NCBI GenBank assembly: GCA_963703955.1
Contig: CAVPGK010000025.1
Span: 1-30,837 of the forward strand
Length of the DNA stretch: 30,837 nucleotides
From: Nitrospirota bacterium
Lineage (GTDB): Bacteria; Nitrospirota; Nitrospiria; Nitrospirales; Nitrospiraceae
Direction of reading: 5' to 3'
Of this stretch, positions 29,406 to 30,837 are shown in pieces (position 1 is the stretch's first letter; each line of letters starts with the position of its first letter). The notes under the pieces are model-generated. The model saw nothing but the letters and a program-made list of their open reading frames with translations. It made no database searches and was not told where the DNA came from. A program made the translations under genes and the position numbers.

Positions 29406-30587
29406 TCAATGTCTTTGGGCCCATCGTTCGATGCGCGGCAGGAGGAGTTCCTGCAGCAGAATCTTGATGCAGGCGGCGACCGGAATAGCTAGAAGCAGGC
29501 CGTATAAACCGCCCACGGCGCCCCCGATGAATAGGACGATCAGGACAGTGACGGCGCTCATATCGGTGGATTGACTCTGAATCCAGGGGGTGAGCACCCA
29601 ACTCTCTACGAACTGGACAACCAAGTAGGCCACGCTTGGCCAGACGGCGATAGAAAGCCAGCTCACACCCGCGGCGCTTGATGTGGTCACGATATCCAAG
29701 TATTTCACCAGAATGGCCAACGGCCATCCGACAACGGACATATATGGAATAACGGACAGTAAGCCGGTCCCAATGCCGAGCAGAAACCAAAAGGGAACAT
29801 CGGTCAACAACCATCCCACGGCATACATGATCCCGGTCAGAAAGGCTATCAGAAGGCGACCGCGAAAAAATCCGCTCACGGCGCGATCCATGCGTCGAAA
29901 GATCTCCAACCACCGCTCCTTCCGGCTGGACGGGAGGAAGCGCGCCGCTGCCAGAGTCATACGGTCGAAATTCCAGGCGAAAAAGAAAAAGTAAACAGGA
30001 ATCAGAAACGTAAAAAGTGCTACCTGCGTGGTCGTTCCGATGACAGTGCCGATGACTCCGAATGCCGTTCCGGTACCCGTCAAGAGGGGCAGTATCACGG
30101 CTATCGGATCCGCCTGAAACTTTGTAATGAATGTATTCAGTTGATCCGAGAGGCTGTCGAATCCAATTCCATATTTTCCGCCCAGGCTTTCCATGTACCT
30201 CGGCGCCTTTTTCGCTAGAGTTTGAACTTGATCGATAAGCAGCGGACCCAGCCAGGCTCCTAATCCAATCACGAATAAGATCATGGTCACCAGCACGATG
30301 GCGACGGTGACCGGTCTAGGCAGACGCCATCTTTTCTCCGCGTACGTAATGAAGGGATGGACCAGATACGCCAACATCAATGCGATTAATACCGGCGTGA
30401 ATACACCACGGAGGTAATAGCCGAACCACAGGAGAAAAAGAACCGTCCCAATGAGAAGGACATCTCGAATGCCGACGATCTGCCACAAGTGACGATCAGC
30501 GGCCGACGGGGGAGGGGTCGGCAGTCCCAGCGTCATATCCTTCTTGGCAGCAAATCGGTGGGGTGAGGGGTCAGTCTCTCTGGGCAT
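29406..30587 (-). CDS. AI-2E family (PerM-like) transporter
   Basis: PVLIALMLAYLVHP, FFRGRL, SVIPY, VQFVESWVLTP, GGLYGLLLAIPVAACIK. Many TM helices. Confidence 0.92.
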   Translation of the reverse strand: MPRETDPSPHRFAAKKDMTLGLPTPPPSAADRHLWQIVGIRDVLLIGTVLFLLWFGYYLRGVFTPVLIALMLAYLVHPFITYAEKRWRLPRPVTVAIVLVTMILFVIGLGAWLGPLLIDQVQTLAKKAPRYMESLGGKYGIGFDSLSDQLNTFITKFQADPIAVILPLLTGTGTAFGVIGTVIGTTTQVALFTFLIPVYFFFFAWNFDRMTLAAARFLPSSRKERWLEIFRRMDRAVSGFFRGRLLIAFLTGIMYAVGWLLTDVPFWFLLGIGTGLLSVIPYMSVVGWPLAILVKYLDIVTTSSAAGVSWLSIAVWPSVAYLVVQFVESWVLTPWIQSQSTDMSAVTVLIVLFIGGAVGGLYGLLLAIPVAACIKILLQELLLPRIERWAQRH

Positions 30588-30837
30588 GCTGCCTTCGTTA
30601 TCTTGCGTCTGGAGTTGGATTGTATCCACCGCCACGCGGCTCGGTGATCGGGACACTGCGTGTTATTCGGCCAGGGCTGGTCAAACATCTCCGTACGACC
30701 CTTCTCAGATGATTCAGGTGAAACCCCACCTTCACCCCACGCTCTGAGATTCCCATCAGCATCAGAAGATTGAGGAGAAGACCGTCAGCGTATCTTACAT
30801 GAGGCGAGCCGGAAAGCGATAGTCAAACTCTTTGTCA

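Noticed and set aside
30795..30837. Possible 3' end of a minus-strand gene (..DKEFDYRFPARLM*)
   Set aside because: Too short at the window edge to support a call.

Overview
A 30.8 kb bacterial window that looks like a general-stress and signalling gene island. The small secreted and lipoprotein families suggest a Nitrospira-like genome, which is an inference. Its core is an operon encoding a ~1,930-aa poly-HAMP/GAF/HisKA/HATPase/3xREC hybrid kinase with an exact 276-bp repeat array, a CheR-like protein whose key catalytic motifs are altered (no CheB), and a REC-PAS protein. The REC-PAS protein has no kinase output and ends in a short 'LEKFxxxVVGRELxMI' tail, which also ends a separate PAS protein 12 kb upstream. 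Around this core lie stand-alone receivers (one with Asn at the phospho-Asp) and stress-associated genes: YtxH, DUF3175, DUF421, BON, a porin, a ROK/ppgK-like kinase, GlsB/YeaQ, YihY, an atypical diheme cytochrome c, hemerythrin, Lon, DUF202, an AI-2E transporter and DUF748. A 16-17 bp palindrome GT(A/C)GG-N7(6)-CC(T/G)AC recurs in many intergenic regions. There is an internally deleted topoisomerase IB remnant. Many single-base frameshifts, concentrated in the first 4.6 kb, could be sequencing error or real decay. No rRNA, tRNA, CRISPR array or transposase was recognised. All family calls come from motif recognition by eye, not database searches.
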